From Lama guanicoe (lineage: Eukaryota), in the NCBI GenBank assembly GCA_013239625.1, contig MU054212.1:6918270-6982269 (forward strand): a stretch of DNA of 64,000 nt, in the 5' to 3' direction. A model generated the notes under the pieces. That model searched no databases. It saw only the letters and a list, made by a program, of their open reading frames with translations, and was not told the DNA's origin. Numbering within the stretch: the stretch's first letter is position 1; every line of letters begins with the position of its first letter. This document shows, piece by piece, positions 40,625 through 52,339 of the stretch. The position numbers and the translations under genes were made by a program.

Positions 40625-41035
40625 CTGTGATGCTTATACACTTCTGTGACAGTTTTTATCTAACACTACCTTTCTAAAATTGTTTGCATACGAAATGTAA
40701 TGCCTTCTTGTGGGGTAAAGGCTGGGCAAGTTTGCTGGATGCTCCCTTATAAAACTAGGGGTTTCCTACACTCCAGGTTCATGAGCTGTGATAAAAAACC
40801 CTTTGTGTATGTAGCATCCACCTGGACCACTTTCACATTACTCCCATGAGGCTTGGAGCCAAGGGGGACCTATGCAAACATGAAGCTCACACAGCTGTTG
40901 CGTAGTGAGCAATGAAGTCCTCTGTCTCTCACCCAGGAGTTTCGTGTCTTTTGCCAGCACCTGTGAAGCAGTGACAGGCTAACTTGGTAGCTTGCAAGTG
41001 AGGCAGAGTCTCTGACTTTCCCCATATCTTGATAG
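40625..41035 (+). mobile_element. ERVL-class LTR (MER54/MER74-like)
   Basis: aatgaagtcctctgtctctcacccaggagtttcgtgtcttttgccagcac...ggctaacttggtagcttgcaagt...tcttgata terminus. Confidence 0.7.
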
Positions 41036-42805
41036 TACCATGGGAGGACTTCTCAAATCTTTAATAACTGAAATGCCTCACACTATTTAACATAGAAAGA
41101 AAGAAGAAAACCTTTTTATTTCATTTTTAAAACTCCAGGAACTCTCTGATACCAGTATCTTAAAGTACAAAATAGAAGAACTAGAGACCAACAAATGTTT
41201 AGCATTAAATGGTTGCAAATTGAATCCAGTAATGCATTACAATTTTAATAAGGCATAACCAATTAAGGTATACCTAATAATGCAATTTGATATTTAGAAA
41301 CTCATACTATAATTACTTTAATTGATCAAGAGAGAAAATCATATATTGCTATTACACTACAGTAGAAGGAGGCATTTCAAAAGTGGAAGACCCACTAGGA
41401 AATTAACGTTACTTAGAAAAATCATAATTCCAAAATGCATTTATCAATTATTATCACAACTATGTAGAAAAATATCAACGTACAGAAAAACTGAAATGGA
41501 CTATAGCCAAGTAGTTGTAATAGATGCTGTTAGGTAGCTGGAGAAAAAAGCTAAAAATGTGATTGATTGCCAGTTCAAAAAATAAAAATTCTCTTCCAAC
41601 GTCATATATAGTGCTTGAATGTAGTACTAGCAGCAATTCATGAACATGTCTGTAAGACGTAACATGCTGCTAGAGAGAGATGCAGAAAGAAGAGAAGCTT
41701 TTTCTTTGTTTAATGGATCATGCTCTAAGTAAACATTAAATTTATATTTGGGAATCACTCACACACATGCTACATTTTTCCTTTATATTCTTGTGTTACT
41801 CTCTGATGATTTCCAAGTACTTTTGATCATTGCAGGACTGGATGTGAGCAAAAACTTGAATTGTCCCCAGAGACAAAATCAGCTCTCTTTTGCTACTGGT
41901 CCTCAAATCAAAATGTTCATTTCTCAAAGAGCCACAGATTTGAACAAGTTGTTTTTAAAAAGCAATATAATGAACCTAGTGAATATTACCACATGTGATT
42001 AACTGGCATCTAATCCTACTAGAATTATTTTTAAAAGAAATATTAATTATGCAAAATATGTTAATTTTTTAAATTGCATGCTATATTAAATCTTTTGGTG
42101 GCAAGAAAATCATTATGAAAGCAAATTATTCTTGCCTACGAGATTCATTGGTCAGTCTTCTAAGTGTTTCCAATGAAAACAGTTATTTCCCACTATTGAG
42201 ATCAAAGAACACATAATGTTTTTTATTTATAATAACACCTAATATATCAGGTCATTGAGCCAGGAACTCAATCTATTCTTTATAATTTGAGTGTTGTCAC
42301 TATATTCAAGTCTTTTTTTCACATCTTACGTCTTCCTGCTGATTACATTTTTAAATTGAAGCTAGGGTCTTGGTATCCAACGTTAAGTGCCCTGAAAATA
42401 GTAGTACTCATAAACTAGTTGTGTAAATGAAGAAATGGTAGGTGGTCGATAGGAGAATAATTTTTTTAAGTTGTATTAATCTTTAAAATTATCTCCGATT
42501 AAATTTGTTCCTGGTTTCTATTATTTCTGAATCTAGATGTCCAATGAGTTAGTGAATCATTGCCTCTGTATGAAGCTAAGAATTTATCACATGAAAAGGT
42601 CAAGAAATGGATTTAATAGCCAAACTTGAAACCAGCAATGGACAAGGGAAGACGTATTTCCTGACAGTGGGAAATATGAAGAAAAATAAAAAATAATAAA
42701 GAATATAAAGTATTAGGAGATTGTCTCTGCTAATGCAAATTATAGGCAGTTAGTAAAAACTCAATGACATTCAAGAAATCTATCATTTAAAGATATCCTG
42801 TATGG

Positions 42806-42901
42806 GGCGCGGGGGGGTGGGAAGGGACAGAATGGGAATTCAAAATGTAGAATAAACAAGATTATACTGTATAGCACAGGGAAATAAAAAAATTTAAAAA
42901 A
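42806..42901 (+). mobile_element. Short young L1-derived insertion (96 bp) with perfect 17-bp TSD
   Basis: aaagatatcctgtatgg occurs at 42789-42805 and 42902-42918. The insert shares ataaacaagat..tactgt.tagcacagggaaat with the L1 3' end at 61321-61354 and ends in an A-rich tail. Confidence 0.9.
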
Positions 42902-43737
42902 AAAGATATCCTGTATGGAACTGCTTACTGAAAAAGACTGAATTTAACCCCAGAACCACACTGTAAGTTATCTGAAGCTCATGTATATTTTTCTTTAACT
43001 ATTTTATTAGCTGTTTGTGTTTCTAATTCCATGGTGTGTTTTCTTGCATCCTCAATTAATTCCATTGTGGCTTTTATCAAAGTTTTTAATAAGCAATTCC
43101 TTTAGATGATCCATAATTGCGATCAATTCTTTTGTCCAGAGAGGACACCTCAGATTAATAATGCCACATTTATAATGGTGCCTAGTAATGCTCGTTTCTT
43201 TCTGGGAATGCTTTACATGATATATACTTAGAAGTTTTAATCTCATACAATTTCTAAACAGAGATAAGACTAGGTTTTCTATGAGGACTCACACTGTCTT
43301 TCCACACTTTAACACCAATAACTAATTAGAATCATAGATTGTGTTACTAACGATGAGATATATCAATCTCCAAGCTTTTCGTGTTCAAACCACGCTTCTG
43401 ATCATATAAGGTGAATGCATAACGAAGAGCTATCCAAGTGCCGATAAGAAACAATTTCATACAAATTAAAGGTTATTTGAGAAGCATTATTATCTCCAGC
43501 AGAATACTTAATTGCTAGACAGCAACAGACAATTTAACCATTTTCACCTAAAGGGAAAAGACTAGATGGCAAATTTCTTATGTATTATCAATGAGAGAGA
43601 GAGTCAGCTTTTGCATACAGCATAAGTACGTGTTTAAGTGTGAGTCTGGTGCAGTATGGAAAGCTATCTCTGAAATGCTCATGCTTTTAGTCACTATCAT
43701 GCACGTTGACAGCAAAATTACCCCCAAAGAAGCAAAT

Positions 43738-44050
43738 GTTCATCCATTTAATCATTCAGTCATTCAATGAGTATTTACTGATTGCCTCCCTTATGCCAGA
43801 TATAGTTCTGAGCTTTTAGGATACAGAGAGGAATGTGGAAGAAAATTTCCTGTCCTCATAAAGAATATATCATTTTAGCAGGATGTAGGCAGACAATAAA
43901 CAAGTAAAAGTGAATGAACAAAACAAGTTCAGATAGAGACTGGTGCTAAGAAAAATACCTGAGACCATGTGATGTGTCCAAGTGGCTGGCGGTAGGTACA
44001 CTTCAGAACAGGAAGGCAGAGACAGCTTTGGGATGAAAAGAAATACACCT
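43738..44050 (-). mobile_element. L2 3' end
   Basis: ttcatccatttaatcattcagtcattcaatgagtatttactgattgcc...atgccagatatagttctgagc...cctgtcctcata. Confidence 0.75.
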
Positions 44051-44427
44051 CTCAATTACTGAGAGGCTAGTTATATAAGATTTTTTTCCTTCATCTCTCT
44101 CCTGCTGACCATATTTTGCCATTTCACTAATTGTTATCATTCCATTAAGACGCTGAAATGTCAATCAGTAAATGATTTTTTCTCGTTTGTGTCCCCACTG
44201 TGTCCTCAACACCAGTACAACTGGAAAATGTGGTAGCATTCAAACAACTAATTCTACTGTTGTGATAAAACATGAGGTGGGGAATGATGCTTAAGTCAGT
44301 AAGTAACTTAAATCTCCTTGTTTTGAGAGGTGCATTTGAATCTAAGCTTCCCCAGTCCATTCAGACATATGTATCTGAGGTTCTGCTATCCAATTTCCAG
44401 AACTCCTCCAAGAGGAGGCAACACTTG

Positions 44428-44446
44428 TTGCCACTAGATGGCACCA
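44428..44446 (+). promoter_or_regulatory. Candidate CTCF binding site
   Basis: ttgCCACTAGATGGCACca fits the CTCF core consensus CCASYAGRKGGCRS at all 14 positions. This is a motif match only, with no binding data. Confidence 0.6.
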
Positions 44447-44798
44447 ATTATTTTCATATTTTTAAGACAAACGAAAACCCAAACTTTATCCTATGTAACG
44501 GCCACATTTAAAATAGAAAAATGTTACTTGGCACCATTATTAATAAAAGTTTTGTTCTTTTCTTAATTATTTTCTTATTGGAGGGGATCACAGCAATAGC
44601 ATTATAGACGGTATGTTCATTCACTCACATGCATGTCTATTTGACATATATTTGTTCTACATGATCTTTTTAAAAACATACTAGTAATGTCTTTTAAGCG
44701 TTAAAAGAAAATTGAATATACTGAATATCATAATTGACTATATAAATATCTAGAATCAAAAATATCTGATTATAAAACAGTCAAAAAATAATACTTAC

Positions 44799-44958
44799 CT
44801 TAATGTTTGCCAGGGTTCTTTGCCTTATGCTAAAGAGCGTTATATATCTCTGTTCTTCTTCACAGAGTCTCTCTTCACAGGCTTTTTTCTCACTTACGAG
44901 GTGATCAAACACAGCTTGTGCATGTTCTTTTTTATATCTCATAGTTATAAACTGGTCT
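44799..44958 (-). CDS. CCDC178: CCDC178 internal coding exon (160 bp, phase 2-0), last exon in window
   Basis: ttctttcttcatag|A GAC CAG...ATT AAG|gtaagt gives (K)DQFITMRYKKEHAQAVFDHLVSEKKACEERLCEEEQRYITLFSIRQRTLANIK. It lies inside ORF 44781..44984 and resembles recalled human FITMRFKREHAQTVFDH. Confidence 0.95.
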
Positions 44959-45069
44959 CTATGAAGAAAGAAAAAAATTTGCATTTGCCACTAATTAATC
45001 CACATTTAATTTTCTAAAATACACTCATGATACATGTGAAAATACCCAATACTGAAATCCTAGAACTGA

Positions 45070-45592
45070 ATGGCAGTGGACAAATCCCCTAGTCCTTTCC
45101 TTTGGCTTATCTCCGTGAGCTACATCTAAGTGATCCAGGTGGGGGACAATTTCTGGAGATTTAGTGGGGTCTCTTGGCTGCCTACCCAGCGTGCCTCTGT
45201 TTTGTTGTCATTCCAAAAGGACTCCCTCTCCACGCAGCATGTAAAAGCAAGAGTACGTTCTGTTTAGGTTAAATCAATCAGCACAAGGCTAATTATTCAC
45301 TAGCAAACATACATATTAAACTAGCCCAATAAGATGAAAGGCAAGGTGAACAAGGAAGTTATGTTTTCAGATTTGCTGACAAGAGCCATTGTGGAGAGAA
45401 AGAAACAAAACATGAGTACCTGTGCTGAGCTGCTCAATCGACCCTGAAGCTTACCCTACTGAGAGGCCTCCTGTTATACAAGACGGTACGCTTCCCAACT
45501 GTTTAAGCTGGAGTCTGAATGTGTGCTTCTGTGTGTGTGTGCATACATGCCTTTGTGTATTTTGTCATTTGCAACTAAGTACAGCCTGACAC
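45070..45592 (+). mobile_element. Old MaLR LTR (MLT1J/K-like) remnant
   Basis: aactagcccaataagatg, gagctgctcaatcgaccctgaagc, ctgtttaagc, and end tgtcatttgcaactaagtacagcctgacaca. Confidence 0.55.
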
Positions 45593-45879
45593 AGAGGTAA
45601 AATTATTTTTATGGGGCAATCAGAAGTTATATTAGGCACTATACTAGTAGAAAAAGCATCAAAAACTGCTTAAAACAATACTGCAAAAATAAATATGCTT
45701 TAGAAATAACTGCCAGAGTTGATCAGCAACCCAGAATCCAGAAAAACCAGAGCTGCAAAAGCTCAGCACAGTCTTACGTTACCCACATTCGTTTTCATCT
45801 CTACTGGTATGGAAAATTGAATCATTTGCACAGTTAGCTATAAAGGCAGCAGGACTAAAATTTTCAAGGGGCTAAAATG

Positions 45880-46060
45880 TTTTTAAAAATTGCTTTGGAT
45901 ACAATATCTCATTTAATACAACAACAACTCTATAAAAAGAATAATTATTAAAGCAATTTACAGATGAAAACCCTAAACTTCAGCACAATGAGCTGGTAGA
46001 AGCTAATTAGTAAATGACAGAACCAGAATTCAAATCCAGTTCTGAGTTGCTCTGCTTGAT
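45880..46060 (-). mobile_element. MIR remnant
   Basis: atctcatttaatacaaacaacaactctat...attttacagatgaaaaccct...agtaaatgacagaaccagaattcaaatccag. Confidence 0.7.
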
Positions 46061-46394
46061 TCAGTAGTTCAACACAAGTACTCATTTTTTTCCTCTCTCT
46101 CTCTCTCCACTATGGCTGTTATTAGCCAATTTGAAAACATGACTCTGGTCACATTTTTTAGATGACTGCCTCTCCTTTTAAATGGCATCAGGTACTCCCT
46201 TTCACCTGTCTTGCCCCTGTTTGTTCCACTTCATCATTCATACTAACAACATCCAAAATTCTTACATGATGTTCTATAGGACTACTCACTAATATGGGTT
46301 GACCCTAGTGAAAGCAAAAGTAGATTACTCCTAGCACGGTTAATCTGCAGTAATCTTTGTTCCAAACCTAGAGTAGGAAGTCAATGTGCACAGT

Positions 46395-46620
46395 TGAAAG
46401 AGCACACACTTTGGAACAGGACAAGCGTAAACTGGAGCTCTACCACTGATTAGCTGTGTGATCTGAAGGCAGTCATTTAATTTCCCTGAGCTTCTGTTTC
46501 TTTGGCAATCATGTGGGAATGTTATTACATGATTTAAAATTCACTGAGAATTGGACAAGATAAGGTACTTAGATTGCCCACAAAATGCCTGGCACATTAG
46601 GAGGTCAATTAATGTTAGCT
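46395..46620 (+). mobile_element. MIR remnant
   Basis: gctctaccactgattagctgtgtgatctgaaggcagtcatttaatttccctgagcttctgtttc...aatgcctggcacattaggaggtcaattaatgttagc. Confidence 0.75.
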
Positions 46621-47864
46621 TTACACATTATCCATTATCCATTATCACTGACATTGATATGACGTTGCCCATTATCACTGTCAATTAATAGATTTGTTTA
46701 AAAAAAGCCACAGTCTCAGCTATTCTTTTTCTTCTTTTCCAGTAGGAAGGCAGAGTTTTGTCAAGTTTAGAGAGAGAACTGGTTCACTAGGACATGGTGA
46801 CCACTCTTGCCTCAAAGGCAATATACTCTAGGATGGAAGAAAATTTAAGAATTGAAATGGTAGGAATTCTGAAGAAAAGCATTTCATCAGCTCCTGAATT
46901 AAATCTCTGTAAGTTTTGTGTGACTTACATAATTTTAGATTTATCCCTTTGAGCCCCCCAATATTTTTTACAGATATTAAACAATATGGATAAATATTTT
47001 TTCTAAGTAAACAACATGTTTCCTTGCTTTCCTCACCTGGTATACTGAGTATGACTTAGCAATTTTCAGATAAAGCTGTATGATCGCTTTGACTTGACTC
47101 CATTAAGGTACATGGTATTAGACTGTGCGTAACTGGTTTTTTTTGACACTTTATCCCTCAAGTGCTATGATTTTCCTAATGCTGTATTAGCCTTCTGTAT
47201 TTAAATCAAACCATCCTAAATGTGACCACCACATATTCCTCTAGCAGTCCTCTAAACCCTGTTCTCAATGTATTACAAAACAGTAAATAAGAACCAAGAG
47301 GAGTAAAGGAAGAGTATGTGAGTTCTAAGTGGGGGTTTATGGATACTAAGAATCTTAAAGCCTGGTCATTCTCAAAGTGAAAGGCCTTACTAACCGTTGT
47401 CAGGTACGCCCCAGACTAATGAGGGGACTGTATTAGAGGTTTCTGAAGACAGTAAATGTGAATTTCACAAGGTGTTATAGAATATCTATTCGTAAACTCT
47501 TACCTCAAAACTGTTATCAAAAAAAGTTGGGTAGAAAACTATACATTATTAACTATGTTATGTAAGTTAGAAACACTGAAATTAGATGGAAAGATTATTA
47601 ATTTCATAATGAATAAAAATTCTTACACTTGGAAAAGGAGAAATACTTGAATTATTTAAATAATAAACCCAGAGGAGCAATGAAAAATTACAGAAATTTA
47701 AGATTATGTTTTTAAACCAAAATTATCAAATGCCACATGTATATTTCACATCAAATTACAACACAAAATATGGATCATTTTAAGAATTTTAAATATGGAA
47801 ATTTGACCTTATCTCTTTTATAAATAACAAACATTTAACATTTTGATAAATTTTAAGTACTTAC

Positions 47865-48010
47865 TTTAAATGGTCAAGTATCTGATCAAACATATCCTTT
47901 TCCTTTTGTTTTTCTTCTAACTCCTTACTCAATTGATTTATTTTTGTATGATAAATAATTGTTTTACTTTTAGTGGTCTCCATTTCTTCAAAAATTACTG
48001 AGCGTTTATT
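47865..48010 (-). CDS. CCDC178: CCDC178 internal coding exon (146 bp, phase 0-2)
   Basis: ttttttttag|AAT AAA CGC...CAT TTA AA|gtaagt gives NKRSVIFEEMETTKSKTIIYHTKINQLSKELEEKQKEKDMFDQILDHL(K). It resembles recalled human SKRSAIFKDLEATKSKTMIFYAKINELNEELK. Confidence 0.93.
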
Positions 48011-48344
48011 CTAAAAAAAAATTCAGAAATATTTTATGTTAAATACTGGGATTTTTCAAATCCTTGCAATTTAATTGGAACACAAATATGTTTGGCCATG
48101 TGAACAACTAAAAGCAAACAGCAACCTCTTATCAACATAAGTAACAACTGAGGCTAATGCTCTTTTCTCCATTGTTACATTTGATGAGACTGTAATTTGG
48201 ATTTCTAAATATTCCTTAACACAGAACTAAATAACGAAAATGTGATTTAAAAATATTTCCAGTGGTCCACATAATTTTTTCTTTTTGCTATTTTTTTATT
48301 ATTAAGTTCTGATTTTACTTCATTGGGATCAATAAAAGTAATCT

Positions 48345-48620
48345 GTATGGTATGACCAGTATAATGTAATGGTTAAGAGTATGGAGTCTAGTGCCAGTGC
48401 CAGATACAGTGAACCTCAACATCACCATCAACGAGCTGTGCGAAACTGAGTAAGTTAATTAAAGAACAAGGCATCGGATTCTTCAACTGTAGAGCAGAGA
48501 TAATACCAGCACACGCACTCTTCATAGGGTTATCATGAAGATGAGACTAGTTCATAGGAGCACTTACAACAATGCCTGGCATATAAAAAGCATGCAAAAC
48601 ATTAGTATCTATTGTTATTA
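48345..48620 (+). mobile_element. MIR remnant
   Basis: gtataatgtaatggttaagagtatggagtct...agctgtgcgaaactgagtaagtta...gcacttacaacaatgcctggcatat. Confidence 0.75.
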
Positions 48621-49255
48621 CTATACACATTATTTTCCTTGGTAATTTTTTAATATTTCTTTTGTGGCCCTGTACAGAGCAAACATTATTTAAATGATAT
48701 GATCATACCTCTATGTCAAGGCCCACATGCTGTCCACCAACAAATCCTACTGGTGCTACCTTTAAAATGTATCCACAGGATAGCAAGTTAAAGACAATGG
48801 ATTATCTCTGCTTTCCCACATCCAACGATTCTCTAAAGGTAGAATGTTAGATGTGAGGATTTTCAGGAATTAACTACTTCTAAGTTGGAAAAAGCCCTGA
48901 CGCCCTTTGATACACAGCCATTTGTTCATGCTGTTTATACACCTGCTTGAGGGTAAAATTGAGATGTCAGACATTAACAAATGTTTCAACCTGTACACTG
49001 GTCTCGTCTGCAGAAACATGGCACTATCTCTAGGTACTACAATTCCTACCTCTACTTTGTAGGAAAGGTAATGAGAGGACACGCTAGATGAGCGGGAAAG
49101 ACACTGTAAGAGAGAAAATGAAGACACAAAGATGTGTGTGTGTGTGTGTCTATGCACGTGCAGAATCAACGTAATTCAAACATTTGCTGGAATAGTTTTC
49201 ATTGGCATAAAGAGGTTATAAATCCAAAATTATTTTTTGATACTAAATTTCTTAC

Positions 49256-49369
49256 CTCAGTTTCTATTAGTGCATCCTGGGCTCTTTTCCCCCTTCTTCG
49301 CAATTTTCTCTTTGTTTTTTCTACATTCTTTTTCGTATGATTTTTCCTTTCAATTACATCGCCTAGTAT
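49256..49369 (-). CDS. CCDC178: CCDC178 internal coding exon (114 bp, phase 0-0, highly basic)
   Basis: tgtcttctag|ATA CTA...ACT GAG|gtaaga gives ILGDVIERKNHTKKNVEKTKRKLRRRGKRAQDALIETE, in frame with its neighbours. Confidence 0.88.
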
Positions 49370-50839
49370 CTAGAAGACATTTAGAAATTCAGATGTGCAG
49401 CAGTTATAATCCAATTATCTTGGTTTAGGTCAAATAGTTCCCAAGTGACTATTTTAATAACAACAATATACATTTGGTGTAAAAGGAAAGGATCACCACA
49501 CATACTATGATATCCATAATCCCAATATTAGATTTGAAATACCTGAGAAAACCAAAATCTAATCAATTTTAGCTCAGTAATAAAAACTAACAAACTCAAC
49601 ATAAAAATTATAAGTTTTCATCACAATCATTAAAATATTTTAACCAAAATTAAAACTCTAAATGCAAACTGCCAGTAATCATTACACAAAATGTATGAAA
49701 ACTTTTTCTTTCCGAGTGTTTATGCTAAATTGAGTTCTTATGATTTACACACTGTTAAAAATAACAAAACAAAAATAATTACTGAACTACAAGAAGGTAT
49801 AAAACAATGGCTATTATAAAATAAGAAAAAATAAAATTCATTAATCTTTTCTGGAATTCATTATCATATTCAAATAATTATAATGCAGGTTTTGATGCAA
49901 TTAATAAATTCTTATCATTAATGTAAGGAGGAGCCATTATTAAAATCATTTATCTCACTAGGTGTTAGAACTGGCTATGTATCCATTACATGAGCGCTAG
50001 TACAAGCATTTAGAAACCCTAAGTAGTCTACTCAGAATTGGTTGTTTCCATGGTTTGCGGCCTCGTACAAACTGCTTCATGCAGTTTCTTACGTCTCTGC
50101 TACAGATAAACTCTCTCTTGCCTATTTCAGAGAGATGCTTTGAAGATCAAAATAAGCCTTCCTAATAGGAACACTTCATAAATCACAAAAGTTTTTAAAA
50201 TCAAGATATTTTGAAAATCATTAAAGAGTAAGAATATAAAGTTACATCATCATTTGCAAAGAAGAAAAATCCTGGTGCCAGAATGGCCCAGATGAACATA
50301 TGTATGCCCTCCTTGTGGCTGAGGACAAGAATGTATGATGCCTACCACACCTTCTACTTCTCCAGAAGACTAATGATATGATGTCTATGTATTTTTCTAC
50401 TACATTTTTCTTTGGGAAGGGCTAGTAATATCAGTTACTGCCATAAACCTGTTGTTTTGAAAATATTTTATCAACATTCACTTTATTTCTCATCCTAGCT
50501 GTCTTAACTTCATTTACATGCACCAAAAGTTTACCATGAAAACATCAAGATACATTATATTTTATATTTGAGTAAACATAGCTTTAGCATTTTATTAACA
50601 AGCAGAGAAGATTTTGAATTAAATTTACTATACTGAGTGATCAGACCAGATAAATCTCTACTCACCCATCTGAAAACTGCTTTTCCTCAGTACACTCTAA
50701 GGTAGAGTATGGGGTTCCAGGTAATAGTAGTAATAGCCTTGCTATATAGTTCGACTATAGATTAGTTGTGTGGTCATGAAATAGTGACTTATTTTGTCCA
50801 TGTTTTTATATCTTCCTACGTGAAATCATAATTTGCCAG

Positions 50840-50840
<1 letters not shown>

Positions 50841-50879
<39 letters not shown>
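50841..50879. repeat. Perfect (TAA)13 microsatellite
   Basis: Direct count. It lies ~100 bp into the intron after the 162-bp exon. Confidence 0.95.
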
Positions 50880-50881
<2 letters not shown>

Positions 50882-50982
50882 GTAATAAATAATTTTCAAA
50901 AAAATAATGCAAAATTCCATACACGATTTATCCACCTAAATATTCCTGCAAATTAGTTTCTCCATTAGTTATACATGCTTAC

Positions 50983-51144
50983 TTCAGATTGTTCTTTGTA
51001 GACAGCTCTGATTTTCATAGCATCTTCTTCTAGTTTAAGCAGAGGTATCTCCATTTCTGCCAGGGCCAGATTATATATTGCTTTTTTTCTCGTAAGTTCC
51101 TCCCTCTCAAGTGCCTGTTCTTCTTGAAGGGAAAACAGTCTTTT
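50983..51144 (-). CDS. CCDC178: CCDC178 internal coding exon (162 bp, phase 0-0)
   Basis: ctttgctggcag|AAA AGA...TCT GAA|gtaagc gives KRLFSLQEEQALEREELTRKKAIYNLALAEMEIPLLKLEEDAMKIRAVYKEQSE, with coiled-coil-like composition. Confidence 0.93.
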
Positions 51145-52276
51145 CTGCCAGCAAAGATTTTAAATAACTCATTGTTATTAATTACCTAAATATTTATTGA
51201 GACTCTATCTTGTGCCAGGCAGTAATATTTGAAAATGTTTAAAAAGCCATCCAAAAAAGCAGTAAGTATGAACAAAACATATTTTAAAAGTGCACAGGTA
51301 TTATTAGAAAAAATGAGAGAAAAAAATTAATGACAATAAAAATCAAATACTCTTAAGTAAATACTAGAAGATAATAGGGTGAGAGAACATGTTAATGACA
51401 AATATTGAAATGTAGGTAATCCCTGCATTCTAAAACCAATAAACAAGTAATTAATAACACACTATTAAGCAAAAATGGACTGGAAGATTATGGAATTACT
51501 GAGCATATCTATAGAGAGAAATCAATTAGGAAATTTGGCATTTTCAAGCATACAGAATTAGAGAGACGCTACTCTTATATGTTTGAAAATGTCAAATTTA
51601 CTAATAGAAAAAAATTTACAAACTTTGTGTTTGCTTCCAAGAGGAGCAGAAGTGCAGATAATCTCAAATAATTTTTTAAAATAATACTGTCTTGGACTGT
51701 TCTGCCACTTGATTTTATTCTTCTTTTGATAATAGTTTCAAATATTTTTGTGTTCCTGCAGGGGAGGCATTCTAGAAACATGCCAGGGTTCAAAAACCCA
51801 ACCTGGGTTCTAAAGGTTATGCAGGTGGTGAACAGAGATTAAAAAATAATACAATTGATTTTTTCTAGCTATAATGCTTTAGTTTCAAAAGTTTTATATA
51901 GAAAAATCATAGTATATTTTCCTGTCAGTCTTAAATAAAAGAATTCAATTGAAAGACATTAAAAGTAAAGAAAACATAACATCATCACAAAGCAAACTAA
52001 AGAGACACTTAGAAGTAAGATCTCACTGCCCTTTACTAGACTGGCAGAAATTCCCATTAAGCCACAAAATGAGATATGTGTATGGGAGGTCAGTTTCTTT
52101 ATGCATGATCAAACACTGCTAGTCTACACAGAGGGCAAGTATCATCAGCTAAGGAGAGAAAACTGCTGGCTTGCAAACCAAGTAGTGAAAAGATGCCTCA
52201 TTACAGGCAAATTTAAAATGCTAAGTAAAATGCAAATTAAAGGAAGAATAAAATATTAAAATCGATTTAGGATTAC

Positions 52277-52339
52277 CTGAATTATCATTCCATTAGCCAC
52301 TCGACCCCGAGTGATTTTTTTCAAGAAGTCTTCTCTACC
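52277..52339 (-). CDS. CCDC178: CCDC178 internal coding exon (63 bp, phase 0-0)
   Basis: catatttag|GGT AGA GAA...ATT CAG|gtaatc gives GREDFLKKITRGRVANGMIIQ. It is in frame with both neighbouring exons and resembles recalled human GREEFLKKLTQGEVAAGMVLQ. Confidence 0.93.

Larger units (their letters stand above)
37240..41500 (+). mobile_element. Old, highly degenerate L1 (L1ME-like) ORF2 remnant, split by two later insertions
   Basis: A-rich L1 ORF2-like segments at ~37240-37926, ~39929-40620 (aattaatgaattagaaaacaaaa, tttagcaagactagtcaagg, aaattagaaaatattaat) and ~41040-41500. Confidence 0.6.
1..44798 (-). other. CCDC178: Part of a very long CCDC178 intron (continues beyond window start)
   Basis: The GT donor is at 44798-44797. 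The frame is still open with no stop, and I recognise no further in-frame exon in 1-44798. Confidence 0.75.
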
